This document shows, piece by piece, positions 1-10,279 of a stretch of 64,000 nucleotides of DNA. The stretch covers positions 160,128-224,127 of the forward strand of contig CAZVIY010000001.1 in NCBI GenBank assembly GCA_964627425.1, read 5' to 3'. A program made the translations under genes and the position numbers. This stretch comes from an uncultured Gemmatimonadota bacterium (lineage in GTDB: Bacteria > Gemmatimonadota > Gemmatimonadetes > Palauibacterales > Palauibacteraceae). Every line of letters begins with the position of its first letter. The first letter of the stretch is position 1. The notes beneath the pieces are model-generated. The model saw only the letters and a list, made by a program, of their open reading frames with translations, ran no database searches and had not been told where the DNA came from.

Positions 1-269
1 AGCTGCTCTTGATCCTCACCGACGTGGACGGCGTCTACCGGAACTACGGCACGCCCGATGCACGGAGGCTGTCCCGGATCGCCGTCGACGAGGCCCGGAC
101 GCTGCTGGAGGAGGGCGAGCTGGGCGAAGGGAGCATGGAGCCCAAGGTGGAGGCGGCCGTCCGCTACCTGGAGGGAGGAGGCGGGCGCGCGGTCATCGCC
201 GCCCTGGAGGACGCGGCGGCCGCCGCCGAGGGCGAGGCGGGGACCACCATCGTCCCGGGACACGCCTGA
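1..269 (+). CDS. arcC: carbamate kinase, C-terminal fragment (5' end outside the window)
   Basis: The frame is open from nt 1. The translation LILTDVDGVY...GSMEPKVEAA...GTTI matches the conserved carbamate kinase C-terminus. Confidence 0.8.
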   Translation, partial: LLLILTDVDGVYRNYGTPDARRLSRIAVDEARTLLEEGELGEGSMEPKVEAAVRYLEGGGGRAVIAALEDAAAAAEGEAGTTIVPGHA

Positions 270-356
270 CGGGCCCACCCACGCGCGCCTGGCCGCCGGC
301 GCGGCGGCCGGTCCAGGAGAGTCATTCGCAATCAGGGAAGGACGGAGAGCCAGCGT

Positions 357-1499
357 ATGGACATCCACGAGCATCAGGCGAAAGAGATCTTCCGGAGACA
401 CGAGATCCCGGTCCCGCCGGGGAAGGTGGTCTCCACGCCCGACGGGGCCGCCGAGGCCGCCGGGCAGTACGGGGGACGGGTGGTGGTGAAAGCCCAGGTC
501 CACACGGGTGGACGGGGGAAGGCCGGAGGGGTGAAGCTCACCGAGGGTGCCGGGGAGACCCGTGCGGCGGCCGACGAGATCCTGGGCATGGAGATCAAGG
601 GCCACCGCGTGGGGAAGGTCCTGGTCACCCCGGCCGTGGAGATCGAGCACGAGGCCTACGCGGGCATCGTCCTGGACCGCTCCTCCGGCCGGGCCGCCTT
701 CATGGTCTCCCGGGAGGGAGGGGTGGACATCGAGGAGGTGGCCGAGCGGACGCCGGAGGCCATCCACCGGCTCCACGTGGATCCGCGCTACGGCCTGCTC
801 CCCCACCAGGCCCGGACCCTGGCCCACCGCCTCTACGACGACCCCGACGTGGCGAGGCAGGCGGGGGGGATCCTCACCTCCCTGTGGGAGGCCTTCTCCG
901 CCAGCGGTGCCACCCTGGCCGAGATCAACCCGCTGGTCACCACCCCCGACGGGGAGCTCGTGGCCATCGACGCCAAGATGACCCTGGACGACAACGAGCT
1001 GTTCCGTCACCCGGAGCTGGCCGAGATGCGCGACGAGGACGCCGAGGAGCCGTCCGAGCGCAAGGCGCGCGAGGCCGGACTCAGCTACATCGAGCTGGAC
1101 GGGACGGTGGCCTGCTGCGTGAACGGCGCCGGCCTGGCCATGGCCACCATGGACCTGGTGAAGTACTACGGGGGTGAGCCGGCGAACTTCCTCGACATCG
1201 GCGGCTCCTCGAACCCCGACAAGGTGGTGAGCGCGCTGGAGATCATCACCGCCGACGAGCGGGTGTCGTCCATCCTCTTCAACATCTTCGGTGGCATCAC
1301 CCGCTGCGACGACGTGGCCAACGGCATCGTGGAGGCCACGGGGCGCCTGGACCTCGACGTTCCCCTCACCATCCGGCTGACGGGGACCAACGAGGAGGAG
1401 GCCCTGGGCATCCTGGAGGACAACGGCTTCGAGGCCATGACCGACATGGACCGGGCCGTGGAGCGGGCCGTCGAGGTGGCCTCCGGGGGGACGTCGTGA
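357..1499 (+). CDS. sucC: succinyl-CoA synthetase beta subunit
   Basis: 380-aa ORF starting [15 protein letters not shown]. It has an ATP-grasp N-half and a CoA-ligase C-half ([19 protein letters not shown]). sucD lies directly downstream. Confidence 0.95.
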   Translation: MDIHEHQAKEIFRRHEIPVPPGKVVSTPDGAAEAAGQYGGRVVVKAQVHTGGRGKAGGVKLTEGAGETRAAADEILGMEIKGHRVGKVLVTPAVEIEHEAYAGIVLDRSSGRAAFMVSREGGVDIEEVAERTPEAIHRLHVDPRYGLLPHQARTLAHRLYDDPDVARQAGGILTSLWEAFSASGATLAEINPLVTTPDGELVAIDAKMTLDDNELFRHPELAEMRDEDAEEPSERKAREAGLSYIELDGTVACCVNGAGLAMATMDLVKYYGGEPANFLDIGGSSNPDKVVSALEIITADERVSSILFNIFGGITRCDDVANGIVEATGRLDLDVPLTIRLTGTNEEEALGILEDNGFEAMTDMDRAVERAVEVASGGTS

Positions 1500-1569
1500 G
1501 ACGGCCGTCCGCCCCGGGGCCGGCACGGAGCGAATCGACCCTCCCATTCAGAACTCCCGAACGAATCCA

Positions 1570-2439
1570 ATGAGCGTATTCATCGACGAGGACACCCGCC
1601 TGGTGGTGCAGGGGATCACCGGCCGCGACGGATCCTTCCATACCCGGGCCATGATGGAGTACGGCACCCGGGTGGTGGCCGGCGTGGTGCCGGGCAAGGG
1701 CGGACGGCTCTTCGACGACTCGGTGCCGGTCTTCGACACCATGGCCGAGGCCGTGGAGGAGACCGACGCGAACGCCAGCGTGATCTACGTCCCCGCGCCG
1801 TTCGCCGGGGACGCCATCTTCGAGGCCGCCGACGCCGGCGTGGAGCTGGTGGTATGCATCACCGAGGGGATCCCGGTGGGGGAGATGACCCGGGTGATGC
1901 CCTTCCTGGAGGAACGGGGTGCGCGCCTCATCGGGCCCAACTGCCCCGGACTCATTGTGCCGGGCACCACGAAGGTGGGAATCCTCCCGGGGCAGATCGT
2001 CCAGGAGGGACCCATCGGCATCGTCAGCCGATCCGGGACCCTCACCTACGAGGTGATCCACCAGCTCTCCCAGGCCGACATCGGCCAGTCCACCTGCGTG
2101 GGCATCGGCGGTGACCCCATCATCGGCACCTCGTTCGTGGACTGCCTGGCGGCCTTCGAGGACGATCCCGACACCCGGGGCGTGGTCCTCATCGGAGAGA
2201 TCGGCGGCACCGACGAGCAGGTGGCGGCCCGATACGTGGAGCGGTCCATGACCACCCCGGTGGTGGGCTTCATCGCGGGCCAGACCGCACCGCCGGGCCG
2301 GCGGATGGGGCATGCCGGCGCCATCATCTCCGGCGCGGAGGGGACCGCCGGGGAGAAGATGCGGGTCTTCCGCGAGCACGGCGTGGAGGTGGTGGAGCGG
2401 CCGGCCGACATCGTGGACGTGGTCCGGGGCTGGCTCTGA
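1570..2439 (+). CDS. sucD: succinyl-CoA synthetase alpha subunit
   Basis: 289-aa ORF with [22 protein letters not shown] and the phosphohistidine loop MGHAGAII. Confidence 0.95.
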   Translation: MSVFIDEDTRLVVQGITGRDGSFHTRAMMEYGTRVVAGVVPGKGGRLFDDSVPVFDTMAEAVEETDANASVIYVPAPFAGDAIFEAADAGVELVVCITEGIPVGEMTRVMPFLEERGARLIGPNCPGLIVPGTTKVGILPGQIVQEGPIGIVSRSGTLTYEVIHQLSQADIGQSTCVGIGGDPIIGTSFVDCLAAFEDDPDTRGVVLIGEIGGTDEQVAARYVERSMTTPVVGFIAGQTAPPGRRMGHAGAIISGAEGTAGEKMRVFREHGVEVVERPADIVDVVRGWL

Positions 2440-2504
2440 GGAGCCCCCGGAGCGTCCGTTCTTCCGCCGACGCCCCGTCAACCGTCGCGAACCAGGGACA
2501 CGAC

Positions 2505-2930
2505 ATGAGTGAGCAGCCACAGCAGACCCTCGCCATCATCAAGCCCGACGCCTTCGGCCGGGGGGACGCCGGCCGGATCCTGACCCATCTCGAGGACGAG
2601 GGCTTCCGCGTCCGGGCCGCCCGGGTGGTCCGCCTGAACCAGCCCGAAGCCGAGTCGTTCTATGCGGTTCACCGGGGGAAACCTTTCTTCTCCTCTCTGG
2701 TAGAGTTCATGACCTCGGGCCCCTGCATGGCCCTGGCGCTGGAGAGGGAGGACGCGGTTCCCGCCCTCAGGGAGGTCATCGGGGCCACCGATCCCGACGA
2801 GGCGGAGGAAGGGACGGTCCGTTCGCTGTACGCCGAGAGCGTGGAGCGCAACGCGATCCACGCCTCCGACTCCCGGGAGAACGCCGGGGTCGAGCTGGGG
2901 TTCTTCTTCCCCCGGACCGAGCTGATCTGA
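2505..2930 (+). CDS. ndk: nucleoside diphosphate kinase
   Basis: 141-aa ORF with TLAIIKPDA, the YAVHRGKPFF region and the NAIHASDS active-site His motif. Confidence 0.95.
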   Translation: MSEQPQQTLAIIKPDAFGRGDAGRILTHLEDEGFRVRAARVVRLNQPEAESFYAVHRGKPFFSSLVEFMTSGPCMALALEREDAVPALREVIGATDPDEAEEGTVRSLYAESVERNAIHASDSRENAGVELGFFFPRTELI

Positions 2931-2999
2931 AGGGCGCGGGAGCCGTGGGCCGCCCGTCCCGGTCCCCGGGGCGAGGAACCATCCGCACACGACGGGATC

Positions 3000-3509
3000 A
3001 TGCTGAAGCTGTCCCTATACGAACTGGGAGAAGGGCCCCTGCAGCGGGTCGGCGACGTACCCACGGACCGGGAGCCCTGGTCCGGCACCGAGCTGGAGTT
3101 CGCCGCTCCCCCGAGGGTGGACCTCCTCCTCCGGGAGACGGGGGACGGCGGGATCCACGTCACGGGCGAGCTGCGTGCCACGGTGATCGTCGACTGCCGG
3201 CGGTGCCTGAGGCCCGTCCACCGGGACCTGGAGGTGTCGGTGAACTGGCTCTTCGAGCCCGACCTTGACGAGGACGCGGAGCACGAAGGCATCTTCGCAC
3301 TGGAGGACGAGGACGAAGGCGAGCTGGACCTGGCACCGAAGATACGGGAAGAGCTCCTGCTGGAGGTCCCGGCCTATCCCCTGTGCTCGGAGGACTGCCA
3401 GGGGTTGTGCCCGGTCTGCGGCACCGATCGGAACGAGGGCTCGTGCGACTGCGACACCTCGGAGGTGGACCCCCGCTGGGGGCCCCTCCAGGACCTGGCG
3501 AGCTCCTGA
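3000..3509 (+). CDS. yceD: YceD/DUF177 family protein (large ribosomal subunit accumulation)
   Basis: 169-aa acidic ORF with the C-terminal Cys cluster CSEDCQGLCPVCGTDRNEGSCDC. It sits in the conserved position immediately upstream of rpmF-plsX. Confidence 0.85.
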   Translation: MLKLSLYELGEGPLQRVGDVPTDREPWSGTELEFAAPPRVDLLLRETGDGGIHVTGELRATVIVDCRRCLRPVHRDLEVSVNWLFEPDLDEDAEHEGIFALEDEDEGELDLAPKIREELLLEVPAYPLCSEDCQGLCPVCGTDRNEGSCDCDTSEVDPRWGPLQDLASS

Positions 3510-3533
3510 ACCCGCAAGAGGAAGGACGAGACC

Positions 3534-3716
3534 ATGGCCGTACCCAAGAAGCGAACGTCGAAGCAGCGCAAGAGGAAGCGCCGCACCCACCACAGGGCGG
3601 ACATCCTGGCCCACCAGGCCTGCGATCGGTGCGGGGATCCCCGCCGGCCCCACCACGTGTGTCCCACCTGCGGCTATTACGACGGCCGCCGGATCGTCGA
3701 CACGGAGGAATTCTGA
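3534..3716 (+). CDS. rpmF: 50S ribosomal protein L32
   Basis: 60-aa ORF starting MAVPKKRTSKQRKRKRRTHH, with a CDRCG...CPTCG zinc ribbon. Confidence 0.95.
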   Translation: MAVPKKRTSKQRKRKRRTHHRADILAHQACDRCGDPRRPHHVCPTCGYYDGRRIVDTEEF

Positions 3717-3774
3717 GCCTCGCCGCGGCGACCGGGATCCGTCCGGACGCCGTCCCTCCGCTCCTCCGCCCGGC

Positions 3775-4809
3775 TTGATCCGGGTCGCCGTCGACGTCAT
3801 GGGGGGCGACGCCGCCCCGGACGTTCCCCTCGCCGCCGCGCTGGCGGCGGCCCGGGCGGTGGGGCCCGAGCGGCTCCTCCTCCAGCTCGTGGGCGACCCC
3901 CGGCCCATCGAGCGTTTCCTGGACGGGGAGGGAGCGGCCCATCGGGAGCGGTTCACGGTGATCGGCGCCGAAGGTCGGATCCTCCCGGACGAGGCGCCGG
4001 CCATGGCGGTGCGCCGGAAGACCTCCAGCTCCATCGTCCGCGGGCTCGACCTCCAGGGCGAGGGTCGGTCCGACGCTTTCGTCTCGGCCGGGCCCACCGG
4101 AGCCGTCATGGCCGCCTCGCTCCTGCGGCTGGAGCCGCTGCCGGGTGTGGAGCGCCCGGCCATCGGCGCCGTCTTCCCCACGGTCGCCTCTCCCACCCTC
4201 GTCCTGGACGTGGGCGCCAACGTGGGGTGCCGTCCCGAGCACCTCCATCGGTTCGCCCACCTGGGGACCACCTACGCCCGGGACCTCCTGAAGCGGGAGG
4301 CGCCCCGGGTGGGACTCCTGAACGTGGGAGAGGAAGCGGGGAAGGGGGACGAGGTGGTCATCGAGGCCCACAGGCTTCTGGACGAGGACCCGTCCATCCG
4401 TTTCGTGGGCAACGTGGAGGGCAACCGGATCATCTCGGGGAGCTGTGACGTCCTGGTCTGCGACGGCTTCGCCGGCAACGTGCTGCTGAAGTTCTTCGAA
4501 TCCATGGCCGGGTTCGTCACCGGCTGGCTGGAGGATCGGGAGGGGTCGGGCGTCGGGGAGGAGCTCTCCGAGCTCCTTTCGGTGCTGGACTACGCCGAGT
4601 ACGGTGGAGCGCCGCTCCTGGGCGTCAACGGGGTGTGCATCGTGTGCCACGGGTCGTCGTCGGCCCGGGCCATGAAGAACGCCATCCTCTTCGCCGAGCG
4701 TTCCGTCCGGTCGGACATGGTGGACCACATGGTGGGAGAGATGGCGCGCTGGGCCCCGTCGTCCGGCGTCCGCCGGGGAGCCGGCGCCGACGACGTCGAG
4801 GGAAGCTGA
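3775..4809 (+). CDS. plsX: phosphate acyltransferase PlsX
   Basis: The N-terminal PlsX signature RVAVDVMGGDAAP and the GFAGNVLLK motif are present. The start is set at in-frame TTG 3775, because there is no ATG or GTG between the rpmF stop and the conserved N-terminus. The longer ORF 3265..4809 overlaps yceD and rpmF. Confidence 0.85.
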   Translation: MIRVAVDVMGGDAAPDVPLAAALAAARAVGPERLLLQLVGDPRPIERFLDGEGAAHRERFTVIGAEGRILPDEAPAMAVRRKTSSSIVRGLDLQGEGRSDAFVSAGPTGAVMAASLLRLEPLPGVERPAIGAVFPTVASPTLVLDVGANVGCRPEHLHRFAHLGTTYARDLLKREAPRVGLLNVGEEAGKGDEVVIEAHRLLDEDPSIRFVGNVEGNRIISGSCDVLVCDGFAGNVLLKFFESMAGFVTGWLEDREGSGVGEELSELLSVLDYAEYGGAPLLGVNGVCIVCHGSSSARAMKNAILFAERSVRSDMVDHMVGEMARWAPSSGVRRGAGADDVEGS

Positions 4810-4822
4810 AGGAGGCCGATCC

Positions 4823-5743
4823 ATGGGAACCGCAGTGCTCCTGCCCGGCCAGGGCTCGCAGTTCGTGGGGATGGGACGGGATCTCGCCGAGGGGTCGGAG
4901 ATCGCCGCCGAGACCTACCGACGGGCCGACGAGATCCTGGGAATGGAGCTGTCCCGGCTCTGCTGGGAAGGGCCCGCCGGGGAGCTCACGCGCACCGAGA
5001 ACGCACAGCCCGCCATCCTCGTGCACAGCTACGCCGTCTGGCGGCTGCTCCCGGAGGCCGTGCGGGAGGACGTGACGGTCGCCGCCGGCCACTCCCTGGG
5101 GGAGTTCTCCGCCTACCTCACGGCCGGAGCCCTGAGCTTCCCCGACGCCCTGCGGCTGGTCCGGCGCAGGGGGGAGCTCATGTCGGAGAGCCGGGAGGGC
5201 ACCATGGCGGCGGTGCTGGGACTCGACGAGGCCCGGGTCGCCGAGGTCTGCGACTCGGCGGAGGGGACCGTGGTGGCGGCGAACTACAACGCCCCCGGTC
5301 AGGTGGTCATCAGCGGGACGGTGGAGGCGGTGGAAGCGGCCGGCGAGATCGCCCTCGAGCGGGGGGCTCGCCGGGTCCTCCCCCTCGAGGTGAGCGGCGC
5401 GTTCCACTCCCCTCTCATGGGGGTGGCGCGAGACGGACTCCGGGACGCTCTCGAGGATGTCTCGTTCGGCGCTCCGCTCCATCCCGTGGTCGCCAACGCG
5501 GCGGCCCGACCGGTGACCGACGGGGAGGAGGCGCGGCGCCTGCTCGTGGAGCAGCTCACCTCGCCCGTCCGGTGGACGGAGTGCGTGGAGGCCATGCGGG
5601 AGGTGGAGCCCGACCGCTGGCTCGAGCTCGGTCCGGGCCGGGTGCTCACCGGGCTCCTGCGTCGCATCGATCGATCCCTGGAGTGCCGCGCCGTGGGCTC
5701 GCTGGAAGACCTGCAGGAGGTGGAGGATGGAACGGATGGATGA
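4823..5743 (+). CDS. fabD: malonyl-CoA:ACP transacylase
   Basis: 306-aa ORF with LLPGQGSQFVGMG, the GHSLGEFSA active-site Ser and the AFHSPLM motif. Confidence 0.95.
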   Translation: MGTAVLLPGQGSQFVGMGRDLAEGSEIAAETYRRADEILGMELSRLCWEGPAGELTRTENAQPAILVHSYAVWRLLPEAVREDVTVAAGHSLGEFSAYLTAGALSFPDALRLVRRRGELMSESREGTMAAVLGLDEARVAEVCDSAEGTVVAANYNAPGQVVISGTVEAVEAAGEIALERGARRVLPLEVSGAFHSPLMGVARDGLRDALEDVSFGAPLHPVVANAAARPVTDGEEARRLLVEQLTSPVRWTECVEAMREVEPDRWLELGPGRVLTGLLRRIDRSLECRAVGSLEDLQEVEDGTDG

Positions 5744-6473
5744 GCTGAAGGGAGAGGTAGCCATCGTCACGGGAGCGAGCCGGGGCATCGGCCTGGCCAT
5801 CGCCCGGGAGCTCGCCGAGGCGGGAGCGCGCGTCGTCGTGACGTCCCGGGCGGAGGCCCGGGCGGCGGACGCCGCGAGCCAGCTCGCCGGATCGGGCGGG
5901 AGGGGGTTCGCCTGCGACGTGTCGGTGAGCGACGAATGCACCGCTCTGGTGGAGCGGGTGAACGAGGAGATGGGCACCCCCACCATCCTGGTCAACAACG
6001 CCGGCGTGACCCGGGACAATCTGGTGATGCGGCTGAAGGACGAGGACTGGGAACAGGTATTGCGAACGAACCTCAGCGGTGCGTTCTTCATGACCCGTGC
6101 GGTGAGCCGGGGGATGATGAAGCGCCGGTCCGGACGGATCGTGAACATCGCCAGCGTGGTCGGCTTGACGGGCAACCGTGGCCAGGCCAACTATGCGGCC
6201 TCGAAAGGGGGCCTGGTGGCGTTCACCAAGTCCGTGGCGCAGGAACTGGCGAGCCGGAACATCCTGGTGAACGCGGTGGCCCCGGGGTTCATCGAGACCG
6301 ACATGACAGCGGAGATGGCCGAGGAAGCCCGGGAGTCCCTCTTCGACCGGATCCCCCTGGGTCGCTTCGGCCAGCCGGAGGACGTCGCGGGACTCGTACG
6401 CTTCCTGGCCGGACCCGACGCCGATTACATCACGGGCCAGGTGCTCCAGGTGGACGGGGGGCTGGCCACGTGA
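5736..6473 (+). CDS. fabG: 3-oxoacyl-ACP reductase
   Basis: SDR motifs TGASRGIG, NNAG and NYAASKGG. ATG 5736 gives the usual short N-terminus and overlaps the fabD stop (ATGGATGA). ATG 5727 is an alternative start. Confidence 0.93.
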   Translation: MDELKGEVAIVTGASRGIGLAIARELAEAGARVVVTSRAEARAADAASQLAGSGGRGFACDVSVSDECTALVERVNEEMGTPTILVNNAGVTRDNLVMRLKDEDWEQVLRTNLSGAFFMTRAVSRGMMKRRSGRIVNIASVVGLTGNRGQANYAASKGGLVAFTKSVAQELASRNILVNAVAPGFIETDMTAEMAEEARESLFDRIPLGRFGQPEDVAGLVRFLAGPDADYITGQVLQVDGGLAT

Positions 6474-6560
6474 GAGCCAGCCAGCTCCCGGGCCTCCGCC
6501 CGACGATGCGACGCAGGATCACGGAACCAGCGACCACGAACCGACACGAGAGGAGGAACG

Positions 6561-6794
6561 ATGTCTGACACGGCCGAGAGAGTGAAGGAGATCATCGCCA
6601 ACGAGCTCGGGGTGGAGAAGGGGAAGGTGACCGACGAGGCCTCCTTCGTCGAGGACCTGGGCGCCGACTCCCTGGACACCGTGGAGCTCGTCATGGCGTT
6701 CGAGGAGGAGTTCGGCATCGAGATCCCCGACGAGGACGCGGAGGGCATGCAGAGCGTCGGCGACGCCATCGAGTACCTGAGCGAGAACCAGTAG
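6561..6794 (+). CDS. acpP: acyl carrier protein
   Basis: 77-aa acidic ORF with the phosphopantetheine attachment motif [19 protein letters not shown] Shine-Dalgarno sequence lies upstream. Confidence 0.97.
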   Translation: MSDTAERVKEIIANELGVEKGKVTDEASFVEDLGADSLDTVELVMAFEEEFGIEIPDEDAEGMQSVGDAIEYLSENQ

Positions 6795-6817
6795 CCCTCC
6801 CTCCGGCCGCCTGATCC

Positions 6818-8077
6818 ATGGACGATCAACGCCGTGTCGTCGTCACCGGGATGGGGCTCCTCACCTCGGTGGGCAACGACCTGGAGACGAACTGGAGCGC
6901 CCTCCTGGACGGGGTGAGCGGAGCGGCTCCCATCACCCACTTCGATCCATCGGAGCTGTCCGTCCGCTTCGCCTGCGAAGTGAAGGACTTCGATCCGGAG
7001 GCGTACATGGATCGCAAGGAGGCGAAGCGTACCGACCGCTTCACCCAGTTCGCCCTGGCGGCCACCGAGCAGGCCGTGGATCAGGCGGAGATCGGGGGAC
7101 TGCTGGAGTCCGAGGCGCCCTCCGAGCGGGTGGGATGCATCGTGGGGAGCGGGATCGGAGGGCTGGCCACCCTGGAGGAGCAGCACAGCCGCCTCCTGGA
7201 GCGGGGCGCCGATCGGGTCTCCCCGTTCTTCATCCCCATGTTCATCGCGGACATGGCCGCCGGGATGATCTCGATGCGCTACGGGGCCCGGGGCCCGAAC
7301 TACTGCACCGTCTCGGCGTGCAGCTCCAGCGCCCACGCCCTGGGCCTGGCCCTCCGCTCCATCCGAAACGGAGAAGCCGACGTCATGATCGCCGGAGGGA
7401 CGGAAGCCACCATCACGCCGCTGTGCGTGGGGGGCTTCGCGTCCATGAAGGCGCTCTCCACCCGCAACGAGGATCCGGAGCGGGCATCGCGCCCCTTCGA
7501 CAAGCATCGGGACGGGTTCGTCCTGGGCGAGGGGGCCGGGATCATGATCCTGGAGAGCCTGGAGCACGCCCGCGGGCGCGATGCCACCCCCATCGCAGAG
7601 CTGGCGGGATTCGGCCAGAGCGCCGACGCCCACCACATGACCGCCCCGGCGCCCGGCGGGGCGGGGGCCCGAATCGCGCTCCGGATGGCCCTGGAGGACG
7701 CTGGCGAGGAGCCCGAGGCCGTGGACTACATCAACGCCCACGGCACCTCCACCCCGGCGAACGACGCCACGGAGACGGAAGCCATCAAGGGCACCCTGGG
7801 CGATCACGCCTACGAGGTCGTGGTGGGCTCCACCAAATCCATGACGGGGCACACCCTGGGCGCGGCAGGCGCCGTCGAGGCGGTGATATGCGCCCAGGTC
7901 TGCAGGGAAGGGCGCATCCCGCCCACCATCAACTTCGAAGAAGCCGATCCGGAATGTGATCTGGACTATGCCCACCACGGCCCGGTGGAGCGGGAGGTCC
8001 AGCTCAGCCTCTCGAACTCCTTCGGCTTCGGGGGCCACAACGTCACGCTGGCCATCCGTCGGTGGGACGGGAGCTGA
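6818..8077 (+). CDS. fabF: 3-oxoacyl-ACP synthase II
   Basis: 419-aa ORF with the KAS motifs VSACSSSAHA (active Cys), HHMTAP, NAHGTSTP and GHTLGAAG. Confidence 0.95.
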   Translation: MDDQRRVVVTGMGLLTSVGNDLETNWSALLDGVSGAAPITHFDPSELSVRFACEVKDFDPEAYMDRKEAKRTDRFTQFALAATEQAVDQAEIGGLLESEAPSERVGCIVGSGIGGLATLEEQHSRLLERGADRVSPFFIPMFIADMAAGMISMRYGARGPNYCTVSACSSSAHALGLALRSIRNGEADVMIAGGTEATITPLCVGGFASMKALSTRNEDPERASRPFDKHRDGFVLGEGAGIMILESLEHARGRDATPIAELAGFGQSADAHHMTAPAPGGAGARIALRMALEDAGEEPEAVDYINAHGTSTPANDATETEAIKGTLGDHAYEVVVGSTKSMTGHTLGAAGAVEAVICAQVCREGRIPPTINFEEADPECDLDYAHHGPVEREVQLSLSNSFGFGGHNVTLAIRRWDGS

Positions 8078-8162
8078 CCTCGCTCCGGACCCCGGCGCTC
8101 CCGCCGTCGACCTCCCCCCATAGACCGCCGCGTCTTCCCGAGACCCGTCGGGTCTCTCCGCC

Positions 8163-8678
8163 GTGAGGATCGGCCACGGCTACGACTCGCACCGTTTCGA
8201 TCCGGAGGTGCCTCTGGTGCTGGGAGGTGTCGAGATCCCGGATCACGAGGGGCTCGCCGGCCACTCCGACGGGGACGCCGTGATCCACGCCGTCATCGAC
8301 GCCCTCCTGGGAGCCGCCGGTCTCGGGAGCGTCGGCGAGCTGTTCCCCGACACGGATCCCGAGTGGGAGGACGCCGACTCGACCCGTCTGCTCCGGCGGG
8401 CGGTCCGGGAGGTCCAGGGGGAGAACTTCCAGGTGGTGAACCTGGACGTGACCGTGGTGACCGAGACCCCGAAGATCTCCCCCCATCGTGGGGCCATGTC
8501 CCGGCACCTGGCGGAGATCCTGCACGTCCGGCCGGACCAGGTGAACGTGAAGGGCACGACCAACGAGGGCATGGGATGGATCGGCCGGAGCGAGGGGATC
8601 GCCGTATGCGCGGTGATCCTCCTGGACCGGATGTCCGACGGAGGGCGTGCGGTGCCGGGGTTCCCCCCGGGGAGATGA
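8163..8678 (+). CDS. ispF: 2-C-methyl-D-erythritol 2,4-cyclodiphosphate synthase
   Basis: GTG start. The translation has RIGHGYDSHRF and GHSDGDAVIHA. No ispD is adjacent. Confidence 0.93.
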   Translation: MRIGHGYDSHRFDPEVPLVLGGVEIPDHEGLAGHSDGDAVIHAVIDALLGAAGLGSVGELFPDTDPEWEDADSTRLLRRAVREVQGENFQVVNLDVTVVTETPKISPHRGAMSRHLAEILHVRPDQVNVKGTTNEGMGWIGRSEGIAVCAVILLDRMSDGGRAVPGFPPGR

Positions 8679-8684
8679 GCCGGG

Positions 8685-9374
8685 GTGCTCGAACAGCTCC
8701 AGTCCCTGCTCCAGGTCCTCGTGGAGATCCCCCCCGCGGGTGTCTACGTCCTGGTGGGCCTGGGGACCGCCGTGGAGAACATCTTCCCCCCCGTCCCCTC
8801 GGACACGGTCGTGCTCCTGGGGGCCCTCCTGTCCGAGTGGCGGGTGGTGGAGTATCCAGGGGTCTTCGCCGTCGCGTGGATCGGGAACGTCTCCACGGCC
8901 CTCGCCGTGTACGGCGCGGCCCGCCGGTACGGCCGGGGGATCTTCGAGACCCGGTGGGGGCAGCGGGTGCTCCGTCCCCACCAGCTGAACCGCCTCTCCG
9001 CCTTCTACGAGCGGTACGGGACCGGTACCGTCTTCCTCAGCAGGTTCGTCCCGGTGTTCCGGGTCCTGGTCCCCGTCTTCGCCGGCATCAGCGGGCTGGG
9101 GTTCTGGCGGACCGCCGTCCCGGTGGGGCTGGCCTCCGCCCTCTGGTACGCCGTCCTCCTCGCCGGCGGCGGGCTCGCCGTTCGCAACCTCCCGCGCCTG
9201 GCCGAACTGGCGGCCCGGGCGAACTGGACCCTCTGGGTCGTGGCCGGCGTGGTGGGCCTGGCCGTCGGGATCTGGTGGTGGCAGACCCGCTCCGACGAGG
9301 CCGACGACCCCGAAGGGATGGAGGGCGAGTGGCCGCGGTCCCCGGGCGATCCGACGGACCCCTCGTCCCCGTGA
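8685..9374 (+). CDS. DedA/SNARE-associated family membrane protein
   Basis: 229-aa polytopic ORF with a DedA-type core (ENIFPPVPSDTVVLLGA ... RFVPVFRVLVPVFAG). Confidence 0.8.
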   Translation: MLEQLQSLLQVLVEIPPAGVYVLVGLGTAVENIFPPVPSDTVVLLGALLSEWRVVEYPGVFAVAWIGNVSTALAVYGAARRYGRGIFETRWGQRVLRPHQLNRLSAFYERYGTGTVFLSRFVPVFRVLVPVFAGISGLGFWRTAVPVGLASALWYAVLLAGGGLAVRNLPRLAELAARANWTLWVVAGVVGLAVGIWWWQTRSDEADDPEGMEGEWPRSPGDPTDPSSP

Positions 9375-10276
9375 GGACCGACGGCGAGGGCGGGTTCCTC
9401 CTGGAGGTCTACGCCGACTACCTCCAGTTCGAGCGAGGGCTGGCGGCGCGCACCCGGGACGCCTACGTGCGTGACTGTACGGCGTTCGCCGCCTTCGCGC
9501 GCGATCGGGACGTCCGGTCACCGGGAAGGGCGGACTACGCCCTCCTCCGGGCCTGGATCCAGGCGCTGGCCGAGTCGGGGCTCGCCGCTTCGACCCTGGC
9601 CAGGAAGATCTCCTCCCTGCGCAGCTATTTCGGCTTCCTCCTGGAGGAGGGAGTGATCGAGGAGGATCCCACCGAACGCCTCGAGCGCCCGCGAGGGGGG
9701 CGGTCCCTGCCGGAGGTCCTCTCCGTGGAGGAGGTGGAGCGGATCCTGGAGTCTGTCCGGCCGGAGGACGACTTCGCGCACCGGGACCTGGCGATGCTCG
9801 AGGTGCTCTACGGAGCGGGGGTGCGGGTCTCGGAGCTGGCGGGCCTCCGGGTCCGTGACGTCCTCGCCGAGGAGCGGCTCGTGCGGGTCCGGGGAAAAGG
9901 GGATCGGGAGCGGATCGTCCCGGTGGGGCGCCGTGCAGTGGAATCTGTGAACCGCTATCTTCGGGAGCTGCGTCCCCGCCTGGACCGTGGGGAATCCGAC
10001 GGAGTCCTCTTCCTCAACCAGCATGGCCGCCCCCTCACCCGAATGGGCATCTGGAAGATCCTGCGGAAGTACGTGGAGCGCGCCGGCCTGGAGAAGCGGG
10101 TCACGCCGCACACGTTCCGGCACACCTTCGCCACCCACCTCCTGAAGGGCGGGGCGGACCTGGCGGTGGTCCAGGATCTCCTGGGTCACGCCGACGTGTC
10201 CACCACGCAGATCTACACCCACGTGGACCGGAGCTATCTCCAGGAGGTCCACCGGAGCTTCCATCCCCGGGGGTGA
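9371..10276 (+). CDS. xerD: site-specific tyrosine recombinase, XerC/XerD family
   Basis: An SAM-like N-domain (YLQFERGLAARTRDAYVRD) and catalytic motifs ARVSELAGL, HTFRHTFATHLL and LLGHADVSTTQIYTHV. GTG 9371 overlaps the dedA stop (GTGA). XerC and XerD cannot be distinguished by eye. Confidence 0.85.
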   Translation: MRTDGEGGFLLEVYADYLQFERGLAARTRDAYVRDCTAFAAFARDRDVRSPGRADYALLRAWIQALAESGLAASTLARKISSLRSYFGFLLEEGVIEEDPTERLERPRGGRSLPEVLSVEEVERILESVRPEDDFAHRDLAMLEVLYGAGVRVSELAGLRVRDVLAEERLVRVRGKGDRERIVPVGRRAVESVNRYLRELRPRLDRGESDGVLFLNQHGRPLTRMGIWKILRKYVERAGLEKRVTPHTFRHTFATHLLKGGADLAVVQDLLGHADVSTTQIYTHVDRSYLQEVHRSFHPRG

Positions 10277-10279
10277 GCC

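Noticed and set aside
291-309. GC-only hairpins after arcC (GGCCGCCG-GCG-CGGCGGCC) and after fabF (GAGACCC-GTC-GGGTCTC, 8140-8156) as intrinsic terminators.
   Set aside because: They have perfect stems but no downstream T-tract. In this GC range such palindromes are frequent, so I do not annotate them as terminators without transcript 3'-end data.
3331-3336. Additional TGGCAC hexamers (also at 24495-24500 and 28148-28153) as sigma54 promoters.
   Set aside because: All lie inside coding sequences and lack a TTGC element 5 nt downstream.
9371-10276. A tyrosine recombinase as a marker of a prophage or integrative element.
   Set aside because: The motifs and length are XerC/D-like. The gene is translationally coupled to housekeeping neighbours, no att repeats or phage/IS genes flank it, and a dif site is present in the window.
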